DNA of 64,000 bases, taken from sequence record MW394391.1; one strand, given 5' to 3'. A program made the position numbers and the translations under genes. Numbering within the stretch: the stretch's first letter is position 1; every line of letters starts with the position of its first letter. Shown here piece by piece: positions 28,101 to 37,886 of this stretch. This stretch comes from Klebsiella phage vB_KpM_FBKp24. The notes under the pieces were generated by a model. The model saw nothing but the letters and a program-made list of their open reading frames with translations. It made no database searches and was not told the DNA's origin.

Positions 28101-29579
28101 ATATTCACCTTGGGTTATTAAGCCTTTGGAAAGAAGCGTCTCAGCCTGGATCCGTATCCCAGAAATTAGCGGGTCTTCTACCTTATCTTCCAGAGGTGGC
28201 TCTATAACCGTCTCAGCGTCAACGTCAGGGGCTGAAACTAAACGCAAGGCCCTAGGGGCTTCAGTTGTCTCGATCTCTTCTGTCAGACTTTTAAATGCGT
28301 CTACGATCTGAGTACGGATTCCTGGTTGCCCCGCGTTAATTTTATCCCGAATTTCTTTTACCGTAACGGTTTTCTTCGGAATACCAGTCGGTGTTTCGTC
28401 TTCCGCGACAACCGTCTCAATTACAACGTCGTCTTCAACCGTCTCGCTAACTTCCAGAATCTCGCTTTCACCCGTGTTCTCATCCGGGATGGTTTCTTCG
28501 ATTGTGGCCTGTTCCTGAACACCCGTCAGTAATTTCAACGCCGTGAGATGCTGGAGCATTAACCGAGAGACCTGGGCGTATGCATCACCCTTCGGGTTTT
28601 CGTTGGATTTTGTCCAACGACTTAGACGCCCGAGGTTAAGTACTGTAAATTTCCCCATCCGTAAAAAGACAAAGTTGATCTTGTCGTAGTGGTCAGAGGG
28701 AATAATATTTAACAGGGATTCTTCCCGCTTCTCGGAAAGCCATTGCCAAAGATCTTGAATGAAAAGTGAGTCGTCATTCTGGAAATAACCCAAACGAATA
28801 CGATTCATCTCTTCCAACGCTAACCCGGAATGCTCTATAAAGCTGGAGTCCGTTTCAAACCCTAACGCTGATTCGTCGAAAGATTCTCTCGCTACATCAC
28901 CTGGGAACTCGGATGAAATCCCTGGGAAATGCAGATCGAAAACGTCGCTGTATGTTTGTACCAGTGATTTATTACGGTGTTGATTCTGATACGCGTTTAA
29001 CAGCGGTACCCCGCCATCTTCTACGGAGATATTCAGCTGCATCTTAGTAGGCATCTCATCAGGCACATTGACGAGAATGAATTGATGGCGGTCAGAATGT
29101 TCTGCGTAGTATTTCGCCTGAGTATAAAGCGTAGAGAGCAAATTCTGGAAACGCCAGAATCTCGCCATCGGCAACGGAAGATAACGCCATTGCATCGGGA
29201 TCAACGAGTAGTTTGCAAGGATCGCAGTATTCCTGTCATCCAGAGCGCGATTGATATCAGTTACTCGACGAAAACCACGGCGCTTTTGTATCCAAGTCCG
29301 TTTAAGGTTGGAAACATTAAACGCACCTTTACGGCGAGGGGAACCAATAAAGCTGGTCATCTCCGTAATGTTGTCCGCATAAGGGCGGGTACGTTCCCGT
29401 TGGAACGCGAAGAATGTTTCATCTGGACCGAGGTCAATCGCGTTAGTCGGGAGGTAATGAAGAATACTATTTTTTGGTAACGCGAAGTTTTCAATGTTAA
29501 AAGCACGGGGGTTCGATAATGTCGTACGATTACGAATTCCGTACGACATGTAAAATTGTTGGTACTGAATGTTGCTCAT
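25101..29579 (-). CDS. Multisubunit RNA polymerase beta-like subunit (1492 aa). It carries the N-terminal and core part of beta and ends after the GDK region.
   Basis: The C-terminal GDGDKLVVGNQKKSVVSGVYKG...PWDIDLQFSYRAINARIVNSALL parallels bacterial beta GDKxAGRHGNKGVxSKI...PVDIVLNPLGVPSRMNIGQ. The internal GTGGRGKRSMTRRTRAFHPSDIG...GDVGINCYLSANP parallels the Rif/region-D block. About 470 N-terminal residues have no obvious match. Confidence 0.7.
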   Translation of the reverse strand: MSNIQYQQFYMSYGIRNRTTLSNPRAFNIENFALPKNSILHYLPTNAIDLGPDETFFAFQRERTRPYADNITEMTSFIGSPRRKGAFNVSNLKRTWIQKRRGFRRVTDINRALDDRNTAILANYSLIPMQWRYLPLPMARFWRFQNLLSTLYTQAKYYAEHSDRHQFILVNVPDEMPTKMQLNISVEDGGVPLLNAYQNQHRNKSLVQTYSDVFDLHFPGISSEFPGDVARESFDESALGFETDSSFIEHSGLALEEMNRIRLGYFQNDDSLFIQDLWQWLSEKREESLLNIIPSDHYDKINFVFLRMGKFTVLNLGRLSRWTKSNENPKGDAYAQVSRLMLQHLTALKLLTGVQEQATIEETIPDENTGESEILEVSETVEDDVVIETVVAEDETPTGIPKKTVTVKEIRDKINAGQPGIRTQIVDAFKSLTEEIETTEAPRALRLVSAPDVDAETVIEPPLEDKVEDPLISGIRIQAETLLSKGLITQGEYKRHLRLAESYKTIPSPFNEEISLDEYRQIPKEIVWDFKPKEVVDIAHVKDKSMLKSTLIDYDRKYVEEVMQKDVINLVLGFQKAGYAITDFKVERQVDALNDLYDYTVKISPVKGAPSTVRFQLPVVDKNGKYKVGGIKYFMRKLRFDKPIRKISPSTVALSTYYGKLFVDRSDKRRHDYGEWLKDAMNVAALSNPPLMAEIVYGNSFTDSQPVPRTYSAIAKEVISFDAAGMNFFFDYPNIGKNFPDWNGQGNIPVGKRGRSTVTMDREGYLQVGPERLGHISKLFGADPVNRPNELVTISILGQEFPLAIVLMYLEGFTQFVDKMEIKPQRRTKGARVQPDQNTFEIVFADEIWRIPRITHPDVLIYSSLQLWKNALKNYSVAELDNQDNYNALLSDMQLSGRYLYEFSNLKALFIDPIAEENLEAMNEPTEFIPLLKKAAFYLATDEYPSDLSSQGSLFKGYERMAGAVYRTFAEAVRRQSSSNLSSRAQLDFPPFEILSAIQKDPSVSLVEDSNPIQNLKEKENLTYSGTGGRGKRSMTRRTRAFHPSDIGIRSESSVDNGDVGINCYLSANPNLTSLRGTARTETDLSKEKGFSNVLSTSALVSPFSTYDDPKRVNFIGIQSSHKRYSVGDDLGYIRTGYELMMAQRTDDLFSSVAKGPGTITEKTKGHVVIKYDDPELGEDQIELGRKFGIVTGHTEPHEVVCDLEVGAKVDKDHVVAYHPGFFARDWREPTQVAFKNGVTTNIALVENNNTFEDASLISERLSQKMTTLVTHTRVLMVNFNQAIRNLVSEGQHVDNEDTLAFIEDEVSATFDYFDESTMETLKRLGNPAPRAKHVGKVEKIEVFYFGEKEDMSDSVRKIADKYDSIRAKNAKLLGTETALTGQVFTPSRIDGMPLEIDMMAIRIYITHQRGMGDGDKLVVGNQKKSVVSGVYKGICRTTTPVLPGGQPWDIDLQFSYRAINARIVNSALLLGMGNILIENIQQEMLKAYDSE

Positions 29580-29595
29580 TACAGTGAAACTCCTG

Positions 29596-31227
29596 TTATG
29601 CGTCGCCAGTGATATTACGTAAAACTAACTGTACGTTGTCAACGTCAGCGCTCTTAGAGAGTGTGCCACGTGAAGATAGATACCACTCTTTGCGACTCTT
29701 TAATCTATTAAATTCCGCCAGGGAATCAGAAGCGTAAATGGCTGTGAAGGTACAACGGTCACCGTCGAAGTCGGCCCCTAAGGGATTGAGGTAACTCACT
29801 CCTATCCCCATCGAGTTAACGTATTCTACTGACTTAGTTTGGTCAGGGAATTCAAAGCAAATATAGTCTTCGCCCAATCTTCGCCAGTCGTGACCAAGTT
29901 CAGGTTTCACGCTAGAAACAATGGTCGGTTTACAGTAAATATTTGCTATGAAGGTTGAACCTTGCCCTGTGACAGGGTAACGAGTTACAACACCCGCCAG
30001 TTTTCCCCATTCCCGATATCCCGATAAGTAATAAAGGGAGGTCATGTTGATAGGGCTCACGAATCGCTTATCGAAACCCGCCGGGAGTTCATTAATGTCG
30101 GAGAAGAATCGGAAACCTTCCTCGCCCCAATAAAGAAGACCGAGATAAAAGCCATCTACCATGATCGGCTTACTGCGGAACGCAGGGGTTTTGTACCGGG
30201 TTATTTGTGCGTCAAGACCGTCACGGGTCGTCCAGCGTTCAATCGCCTCCGGTGAGGGTTGAACATATTCTGCTCGCAGCGTTTTTGGGTTAGTCAGTCG
30301 GATTTCATCTTCGCTATTACCAGAGAAGACTTCACCTAACCAGCCCGACCGTAAGAAGTAACGTGTTTTCGGCAACACCGCTTTGATCGTCTGGTAAAGA
30401 CCTAACTGAACATGGTTGACCCCAGGCGTATTCGTTTCACCGATTCGACCCCCGGTAATTTTCATCGGTGAAATGACGTTCGCCGTACCGTTGAGTATTT
30501 TACGAGAAGCCCATTTGGCTGCAGCGAAACCCTTTTTACCTTTAATCATGTTAAAGATACTTTCAAAGATTTCGTTGAACTGACGCTGGAGCTGTAAACG
30601 ACTGTTGTTGATTACGGGGTCTTCGGAAGGTTCTCTTCCCGTGTCAAGACTACTTGAAATAGAAATGATTGAGCGATAATATTTATTAATTTCATCTTCA
30701 CTGGTTCTACCGGTGGGCTCAACCATTAAATCCCGTAGCCCGGCTGGCATGACAAGTACTTTATCGACGAGGGCGTTTTCTTTGTTTTTGTTAATCAGTT
30801 TAACTCGGAGATTACGAATTTCCGAATCCCCTTCCTCGATCTTCAGTTCAGGGAAGTGACGAACAAAGAAAGCGAAACCCGTATCGCCCTCCATTTCGTT
30901 GCTGGGTTCGAAATCAAAGGTTTCTGTGTTAAAGACCGCGTAACGTCTACCCTCTAAAATATCCAGGTATAAGCGTTTTAAAGAACCTAGGCGCTTATAA
31001 ATGAGGGGGTGGAAAATTCGCGTGTTAAGATTAATGTAACTGAATCGACCGTCTCGTTCGGGAGAACCGAGGGGACCAAAAGTTTCAATAGAAAATAACC
31101 CATCCTTATGGAAGTTCCGCGTGCCCGTTTCAAATATTTCTGTTGTAACAGTCGGGCGCATACTCCGAATCAATTGCGGGGTTAGTTCCATGAGGAAGAT
31201 ATTGAAAGGAATATCATTGGTACGCAT
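29596..31227 (-). CDS. Multisubunit RNA polymerase beta-prime-like N-terminal fragment (543 aa).
   Basis: NPLGADFDGDRCT matches the universal NADFDGD catalytic motif (plus strand 29757-29771, read as the reverse complement). It lies directly upstream of the beta-like gene, with a 16-nt spacer. Confidence 0.7.
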   Translation of the reverse strand: MRTNDIPFNIFLMELTPQLIRSMRPTVTTEIFETGTRNFHKDGLFSIETFGPLGSPERDGRFSYINLNTRIFHPLIYKRLGSLKRLYLDILEGRRYAVFNTETFDFEPSNEMEGDTGFAFFVRHFPELKIEEGDSEIRNLRVKLINKNKENALVDKVLVMPAGLRDLMVEPTGRTSEDEINKYYRSIISISSSLDTGREPSEDPVINNSRLQLQRQFNEIFESIFNMIKGKKGFAAAKWASRKILNGTANVISPMKITGGRIGETNTPGVNHVQLGLYQTIKAVLPKTRYFLRSGWLGEVFSGNSEDEIRLTNPKTLRAEYVQPSPEAIERWTTRDGLDAQITRYKTPAFRSKPIMVDGFYLGLLYWGEEGFRFFSDINELPAGFDKRFVSPINMTSLYYLSGYREWGKLAGVVTRYPVTGQGSTFIANIYCKPTIVSSVKPELGHDWRRLGEDYICFEFPDQTKSVEYVNSMGIGVSYLNPLGADFDGDRCTFTAIYASDSLAEFNRLKSRKEWYLSSRGTLSKSADVDNVQLVLRNITGDA

Positions 31228-31273
31228 TGTTTAAATCCTGTTAACAGATGATTAACCTTTTTAAGGGAACAAA

Positions 31274-34200
31274 ATGGCCAAAAGAGAAAAAATAGATCTT
31301 GATCGTTTTGACGATTTTGATCTCGAAGATAACTGGGGTATGGACAGAGAACCTACTCCGGCGCGCGACGGTAGCGGGAAGCGCGAAGCGGTTAAAAAAG
31401 CAGGGAAGACCGTATTACGGGAAATGGGGAAAACTACCTTCACCACGCAGATGGCGAAAACCATTCTGAAAGAGGCGATGCCGCGTTCCTTTACGACAAC
31501 CCTGGATAATATCGACCGCGGTCTCATCGACACCCGTGCACTCTATGCTGAGGTCCGGCGTGATGCCTCCCCGATGGTCAGGGAGATGAAGGCATTAGGT
31601 AGAACGGTCAACCGTTTAGTGCCTACACCATACCAAAAGAAAATTGACGCGTACCTCAGTCGTCAGAGTGCCACTGATAACTCTGGGAAACAACTCGCAG
31701 CACTGAATATCGAAGATGCGGCGGTTCTACAATCCCTGGCACAAGTTTTCAACCAGGAAGAAAGTAAAACTAAACAAGAGAGTACGGACGAGCTCACTGA
31801 GAAATTAACGGATCAGAAATACAAAGTGAAGCTGGGTACCGCTATTGCGAGTATTCAGAATTTACTGGCGAAGCAAACTGCTTATCAATTTGGTGCACAA
31901 CGTGCATTTCAAAAGAAAAGTATGGAGCTTCAAATAAGACAGCTGATGGTCTCACGGGCTCATTTGGATGTCGCTCAAAAATCCGCGATTGAAACGTCGA
32001 ATCTGTTAAGAAGCATCGTGGAAAACTCTGCGTTACCGGACGTCGTTAAACAGCACCGTTCGGAAGAATTTATGCGCATGGGTCGCGAAAAGATCTTTGG
32101 ACGTATTCAATCTTCAATGTACGACTGGACGAGTAATTATCGTCAACAGTTTAAAGACCGAGTTAAACAAGTAGTTGGGGACAGAGTACAGAAGTTCCAG
32201 ACGGGCATGGGGTTAGCGAATAGCACCCTCGAACAACTGGAAATGCAACGTGAACTTTTAGCCTCAATGGGCGTAACCCCAGAAGAGTTCTTAGCCGGTG
32301 CGGCCGGTAACTGGGGCGCACTGCAAATCGGTAAACGCATCGGTCGTAGTATTAATCGCCGAGTGCCGGCCCTCCGTCGTTTGGACGGGACGTTTCAGGG
32401 TGCTAACTACCTTTTTAATAATAAAGAACGTTTAGCAGCAGATTGGGGTAATTCAGGATACCGTTACGGAAAATGGTATAACCCGATTGAAAACTTCCTG
32501 AAAGACACACTACGCAGTAGTTACAAAGATGGTGGTGTTGTTCGTGCAGGTGGGTTAGGGAACGGCGATAAAATCTCGTCTGTAGATGAGCGTAAACTCG
32601 GTTACATGGAGGAGATGTCAGGTTACCTGTCCCGAATCTTACATAGTATCGATGTCCTAAGAACCGGAGATAGTAAGGCGCCACGTACGGTTTTCAATCG
32701 TCAGAAAGGGATCTTTACCACCTTCGATGAATCCGTCGCGAGTACCCGGGAAGCCCTATTAAAAGACACGGATATCAATGCCCAGCGAGAAAACGTTGAG
32801 CGGTTAATTACCTCCATCGACGGCAATAACCGACTGTCGCCACAGGCACGAGGAAAAATCTCTGATCACTTAATGGCACGTGCCAGAACCTCAAAAGCCT
32901 TTAACCCCGGTCAGATTGCCAACGAAAAAATCAACGGTCTTTCCCGTGACGAGATGCGTTTATGGCAAGGGTTATTGGCGAAACGTTACGGTCTCAAGCT
33001 TAACGAAAAAAGCGAATGGACGCTCAACCCGTTCTCTTCTTCTAACGTTAACCTGAACATCGATGCAGGACAGTACAATTACGCTTCGAACCAGACACAA
33101 GGTATTTTTAATCGAGCACATGGGCTGGCGCAAACCGGAAATCTGGAAGAGCTAATCTCTGAAGGAGCCGTTATCTTTAAAAACGGGAACTGGGAACTGA
33201 ACCCGGAGTATTACGCTAACCGGGTCGGTGGGAAACGAAGCGGGAGTAATAACCCGCCTTCAAACCCGGGAGATATGGGACCACCAAGACCGGGCGATCG
33301 TCCGCCGGTTCCGCCGACACCTGGTGGTAACCCGCCAGACCTGCGGCGTTTTGGACAAGACTGGACCAACCCCAATTCCGTTAACTTCAACCTCGGCGGA
33401 TCTCAATTCGCGAGTGTCCTGACGGCACAAACTGATCGCATTCTGGAACGAATGGAAAAAAGCCAACTGTTCTGGGACGAACAGATGGCACGTATCGAAA
33501 GTCAATTGGCTGGGTTAGGGTCAGCAGGGACTGGCGGCGGCGATGGTTCTGGTCAACCTCCTGGCCCAGAACCCCGTCGTCGGTTCAGTCGTGGTTGGTT
33601 AGGACGAGGCTTACGTAGTGGGTTACGCGGTGCAGGTCGCGGTGTAAAAGGACTATGGGACTTAAGTGGTCTACCATTTAAAGCCGCCGGTGAAGCATTC
33701 CGCAGGATCCGTCGACCCGCCTTTAATGCGGCGATGACCATTGGTACGTTTGGACTTAACAAAGTCTTTGGTTACGGGATGCAAGCATTCGAGCGAGCCC
33801 AAGATGGGTACATTACCACAGTTAACGGTCTGAAGAAGGTTTTAACAAAGGAAGGGTTGGAATCGGGTCAGTATGTTGATCAGGCCACCGGGAAAATTAT
33901 CAAAAAACTCTCCGATGTCAGAGGAGCGGTTTGGGACGTTGTTAATAATACCCAAGTCATCTCCGATGATGAAGCAAGGGGCGGATTATTCAATGCTGCC
34001 GGTACCCGAGTTAAAACTGCATTTAGTAAGACAGTGGGCGCGATTGGTTCCCTGATCAACGGGCGGTTTACACCCTATAACCTCATGAAAGGTGCGTTGG
34101 GTCTCGGCGGGAAAGGGCTGGGTAGTTTATTAACCCGGTTACCTGACATCTACGTCAAAGGGGAAAGTAAACCACGTCTTTACGCAAGTAAATTAGCGAA

Positions 34201-37200
34201 TGGGGAATACTTCTCCATGCGGACGGGTAAACGAATTTCTAAGCTCTCCGACATCGATGGTGATGTGGGTACTTTAGATCCCCGCACGCGAACAATGACG
34301 CCTGTAATGACCGCTGAAGACGCTGCCAAAGGTCTTGTTGATCGCAATGGGCAGGCTATCCGTACCGGCCTCGGAAGACTGGTAGGAATGTTAGGTAGCG
34401 GTTTAAGGGGTGCATTTAACTTTGCAGCGTCACCGTTTAAACTGTTAAACGCTATGGGTAGAACCGCTGCTAATATCGCAACCTCCGGTATCCGAACAGT
34501 AGGGAATATTTTCACCGGTGGGGCGTTTGGTGGGCGCAGTATGGGTACGGGTCCTAATACGTGGCTGAAACGCATCTACCGATTACTTGTTAATCAATTC
34601 ACGGGTAAGAATCCATTAGACGGTTTAGAAGAGACCGAGGATGGTTTAGGTGGAATCAAAAACCGTCTAACAGGCGGCTTCGAGCGATTGAAGAACCGTG
34701 CTGGTAGTTGGTGGAATCGTTTACAGAAGAAAAAACCGGATGAGGCAAAGCCGGAACACGCCGAAAGGGCAGCGAAGGAATCAGGCGGTTGGGGAAAACT
34801 GATCTGGGCGGCCATCACTGGTGTGGGAGCGATTGTTAGTAAAGTTGCTTCTGGTTTTGGAAGTTTCTGGAAATGGATAAAAGAATTACCACGTTGGATT
34901 GGTGCCAGTAAAGCCGTGGGGGCGGCAGGCGATTTAGCAGGAGATGCCTTAGACGGTGCGGGAAGAAGAGGAGGCGGATTGTTACGCCGCTCCGGTGGCG
35001 TCCTGAAAAAAGTGGGTAAAGGTGCGTTAGGAGTAGCCGGGTTCTTAGGGCGGGGATTATTCAGTGGGGCCGGAATGTTGGCTCGCGGTGCGGCCGTGGC
35101 AGCTGGTTCGTTACTTTCAGCGCCAGTGTTAATTGGGGCGGCTGTCGCGGTGGGGGTTGGGTATCTGATTTATAAAGGGTACCAAGCGTACAAAAACAAA
35201 CTCACCTTGCTCCGTAAATACCGAGTAGCGCAATACGGCGTTAACCCCAAAGACGACGATAAAGCAGGTAAGGTTTTAGCACTGGAAGAAGCGGTACTGA
35301 AGTCCAGTCAAATCGACGGACAAGGGAAACTGAAAATCGGTTCATTACCTTTCCAAGATCTTGTCACGGCGTTCGGTATAGAGATCACCGACCAACGTGC
35401 TGTACAGCGTTGGGTACGTTGGTACCAAATGCGTTTTGCCCCGGTGTTCTCCCGTAACGTAGAGATTCTTCATCAAATGGATCCGAAAGCAAAAATCACT
35501 GACGCCGAATTTCTGAAAGATTCTCAGCGCGGTGATTTTGCAAGGAGCACCTTTATCGCTTCCGGCGGTGCGCAATCTCCTTACCTGGTTTCCGACTCAC
35601 CGTTCCCGGAAATCTCTTCGGTCACCGGCGACCGGTTCGTTGCGGGCTGGCGAGACCAGGTGATTGCGGAATACGCCAAGGCAGAGAAAGCGGCAGTAGC
35701 GAGTGGTGAGAAGAAAGTGCTGGCAGTAGGGGAAGCGAAGAAACCGCGCGGACTGGATGCGCTAAATCAAAAAGCACAACAGATGCAAGCGGCTAACGCA
35801 AACCGAAACATTAACCCAAGCACCGACCTCTACTATTCTCCTGGCGATACCCGTAAAGGTATGACATCTCTAACGGGCGACAGTCGTAAAGATGAGCTGA
35901 TCGAGATCGGGAACCGTATCGATGACCTTACTTCGATACGGATGAAACTGTACGGTCTGCCTGAGTTGGTGAAAGGTGACGTCAATACGTTGGTGGCGCT
36001 GGAAGCCGAGGCGATTAAGCAGGTTCGTTATGGGGATAAAGGCGTCGCCTATTGGACCGGAAATACCGAGCAATTCTTCGCTAACTGGAATGGGCAATTC
36101 GCGGTTAACGTGAATAACCCAGACGAGAAAACGGGGTGGTTGTTCTGGTTTAATAAACGTTTCCTTCCGGTCTTCCTGAACTTCTGCTCGGAAAGTAACT
36201 ACCTGTCCCCGAACACGTCACCGCTTCAAGCATGGAAGAAATTGAATGCCAGCGATTTACTTAAAATCGCCAATTTCATGAACGGTGCGACAACCGAGGT
36301 CAACGGAAACCGGGTGTCGGTCTGGACGATCAAAGCTTCTCCTTGGCCTAATCGGATTTCCAATCTCGACAGTAGCGTCATTCAGTCTAACCTGGACGCA
36401 CTGCGTCTCGAGAGTAAGAAAGAAATTTACCAAGAGAAAGTAAAGACCGAGACCGAGATCAGTCAAATGACTTTTGCCGGAAAACCGCTACGTGCCACAG
36501 TTACCGGGAATAAGATTGCCGATCTGATGACGGACGTTTCGGCGATTACGGCGGCAGGTAAAGGACGGGCGACTGGTAAAAACGGTGTAGGGATATATGG
36601 TCAGCGACTGGGCTCTATGGGAACCTCCTATGAGCGCGCGGAATCAGGCAGCAGCTTCACGGATACTAACTTGTTACATTCCGGGGAAGGAACAGGTGGT
36701 TCAATTAACGACATCCCTGAACCGAAAGGGGACGGGTGGGAAAACGTTAAAGATTCGCTTATAGCGGTCGCGAAAATGGTGGGGGTTGACCCCGGCTCAT
36801 TGGCGGCGATGATTGCGCAAGAATCTGGGTTTGAGCTCAGAGCCAAGAACGGTGGTTCTACGGCAGCGGGTCTGGGTCAGTTCATTGATAGTACCTGGAA
36901 AGAGATGCTCCCGGTACTCGTGAAGAAATACGGCGTGAACCCTAATACGTCTCAGTACGACCCGAGAGCTTCCCTATTGGCAACAGCAGAGTACATGAAG
37001 AAAAACGCGGCGATTATCGGGGATATCGGAAGACCGTTAACGACCACCGATATTTACATGGCACATTTCTTAGGTCCAGGAGGGGCGAAGAACGTTTTAA
37101 GAGTGCCGAGTAATACGCCGATTGCCACCGCGATGGGTGATCAGTATGCGTCCGCGGCCAAAGCAAACAAAGAGATCTTTAACGGTGTGAGAACAACGGG

Positions 37201-37879
37201 TGATCTCGTTGCGAGCTTGGGTAGGTACCTTTCCAACAACGGCGGGCGGTACATTCAGGAAGCCAACGCAATGGCGAATAAGGCCGGACCTGCTGTGCCT
37301 AACAGTACAGACTCTGGCGCAGTGACGAATGTCACGCCTTCTACTACTACCCCAACGTCAGACAATGGAACGGCTGAAACACCGGCAGTAGTAGCGAGCG
37401 CTAAAAGTGTGGCAAATAACCCTGCTAAGGGGGAGTTGCCTACAGGGAATACTACTAGCGCAGCCGTGGTTAACCGTGGGACTGATACTTTAACACCTGC
37501 GGTTACAAGGGCAACAGACAAGCGTGACGAAACTGCTATTGTCCAACAGTCTGTCCAACGCGACAAAGCAGCAGCGGCGAGTCGTGCGGCCGTGGCAGCG
37601 GCGCGTCAGCAAACTGCGCAGGCGACCAGCGAGACTAATGGTTGGGCAAATGTGTTGAACGATCAACTGACCGTCCAGAAATCGATGGACAGTACGTTGA
37701 TTGAAATCAAAGAGCTGATTCAAAAAGGCGGTCTACTGGGCGGGAACGGGGGTAGTGACAATTCCCCGAAAGCCAGTCCAAATACAGACGAGTTAAAAGG
37801 GAAAAGTTTGAACGTCAACGGAAACGGTCCTCGTCCGTATGAACCGTTTGATACATCGCTCTCATCGCAGTATCGTTAA
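31274..37879 (+). CDS. Giant virion protein (2201 aa) with a lytic transglycosylase (SLT) domain. It resembles phiKZ gp181 and may act as a tape-measure or ejected peptidoglycan hydrolase.
   Basis: The SLT signature AMIAQESGFELRAKNGGSTAAGLGQFIDSTW lies at about nt 36800-36900. A Pro-rich segment PPSNPGDMGPPRPGDRPPVPPTPGGNPP is present. A Gly-rich and hydrophobic stretch LLSAPVLIGAAVAVGVGYLIY is present. Its size and domain order match the known phiKZ gp181 architecture. Confidence 0.8.
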   Translation: MAKREKIDLDRFDDFDLEDNWGMDREPTPARDGSGKREAVKKAGKTVLREMGKTTFTTQMAKTILKEAMPRSFTTTLDNIDRGLIDTRALYAEVRRDASPMVREMKALGRTVNRLVPTPYQKKIDAYLSRQSATDNSGKQLAALNIEDAAVLQSLAQVFNQEESKTKQESTDELTEKLTDQKYKVKLGTAIASIQNLLAKQTAYQFGAQRAFQKKSMELQIRQLMVSRAHLDVAQKSAIETSNLLRSIVENSALPDVVKQHRSEEFMRMGREKIFGRIQSSMYDWTSNYRQQFKDRVKQVVGDRVQKFQTGMGLANSTLEQLEMQRELLASMGVTPEEFLAGAAGNWGALQIGKRIGRSINRRVPALRRLDGTFQGANYLFNNKERLAADWGNSGYRYGKWYNPIENFLKDTLRSSYKDGGVVRAGGLGNGDKISSVDERKLGYMEEMSGYLSRILHSIDVLRTGDSKAPRTVFNRQKGIFTTFDESVASTREALLKDTDINAQRENVERLITSIDGNNRLSPQARGKISDHLMARARTSKAFNPGQIANEKINGLSRDEMRLWQGLLAKRYGLKLNEKSEWTLNPFSSSNVNLNIDAGQYNYASNQTQGIFNRAHGLAQTGNLEELISEGAVIFKNGNWELNPEYYANRVGGKRSGSNNPPSNPGDMGPPRPGDRPPVPPTPGGNPPDLRRFGQDWTNPNSVNFNLGGSQFASVLTAQTDRILERMEKSQLFWDEQMARIESQLAGLGSAGTGGGDGSGQPPGPEPRRRFSRGWLGRGLRSGLRGAGRGVKGLWDLSGLPFKAAGEAFRRIRRPAFNAAMTIGTFGLNKVFGYGMQAFERAQDGYITTVNGLKKVLTKEGLESGQYVDQATGKIIKKLSDVRGAVWDVVNNTQVISDDEARGGLFNAAGTRVKTAFSKTVGAIGSLINGRFTPYNLMKGALGLGGKGLGSLLTRLPDIYVKGESKPRLYASKLANGEYFSMRTGKRISKLSDIDGDVGTLDPRTRTMTPVMTAEDAAKGLVDRNGQAIRTGLGRLVGMLGSGLRGAFNFAASPFKLLNAMGRTAANIATSGIRTVGNIFTGGAFGGRSMGTGPNTWLKRIYRLLVNQFTGKNPLDGLEETEDGLGGIKNRLTGGFERLKNRAGSWWNRLQKKKPDEAKPEHAERAAKESGGWGKLIWAAITGVGAIVSKVASGFGSFWKWIKELPRWIGASKAVGAAGDLAGDALDGAGRRGGGLLRRSGGVLKKVGKGALGVAGFLGRGLFSGAGMLARGAAVAAGSLLSAPVLIGAAVAVGVGYLIYKGYQAYKNKLTLLRKYRVAQYGVNPKDDDKAGKVLALEEAVLKSSQIDGQGKLKIGSLPFQDLVTAFGIEITDQRAVQRWVRWYQMRFAPVFSRNVEILHQMDPKAKITDAEFLKDSQRGDFARSTFIASGGAQSPYLVSDSPFPEISSVTGDRFVAGWRDQVIAEYAKAEKAAVASGEKKVLAVGEAKKPRGLDALNQKAQQMQAANANRNINPSTDLYYSPGDTRKGMTSLTGDSRKDELIEIGNRIDDLTSIRMKLYGLPELVKGDVNTLVALEAEAIKQVRYGDKGVAYWTGNTEQFFANWNGQFAVNVNNPDEKTGWLFWFNKRFLPVFLNFCSESNYLSPNTSPLQAWKKLNASDLLKIANFMNGATTEVNGNRVSVWTIKASPWPNRISNLDSSVIQSNLDALRLESKKEIYQEKVKTETEISQMTFAGKPLRATVTGNKIADLMTDVSAITAAGKGRATGKNGVGIYGQRLGSMGTSYERAESGSSFTDTNLLHSGEGTGGSINDIPEPKGDGWENVKDSLIAVAKMVGVDPGSLAAMIAQESGFELRAKNGGSTAAGLGQFIDSTWKEMLPVLVKKYGVNPNTSQYDPRASLLATAEYMKKNAAIIGDIGRPLTTTDIYMAHFLGPGGAKNVLRVPSNTPIATAMGDQYASAAKANKEIFNGVRTTGDLVASLGRYLSNNGGRYIQEANAMANKAGPAVPNSTDSGAVTNVTPSTTTPTSDNGTAETPAVVASAKSVANNPAKGELPTGNTTSAAVVNRGTDTLTPAVTRATDKRDETAIVQQSVQRDKAAAASRAAVAAARQQTAQATSETNGWANVLNDQLTVQKSMDSTLIEIKELIQKGGLLGGNGGSDNSPKASPNTDELKGKSLNVNGNGPRPYEPFDTSLSSQYR

Positions 37880-37886
37880 TAGTGTT

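Noticed and set aside
34180-34818. Minus-strand ORFs of 131 and 74 aa inside the 2201-aa gene.
   Set aside because: They are Gly/Ala-rich antisense frames from the Gly-rich coding region.
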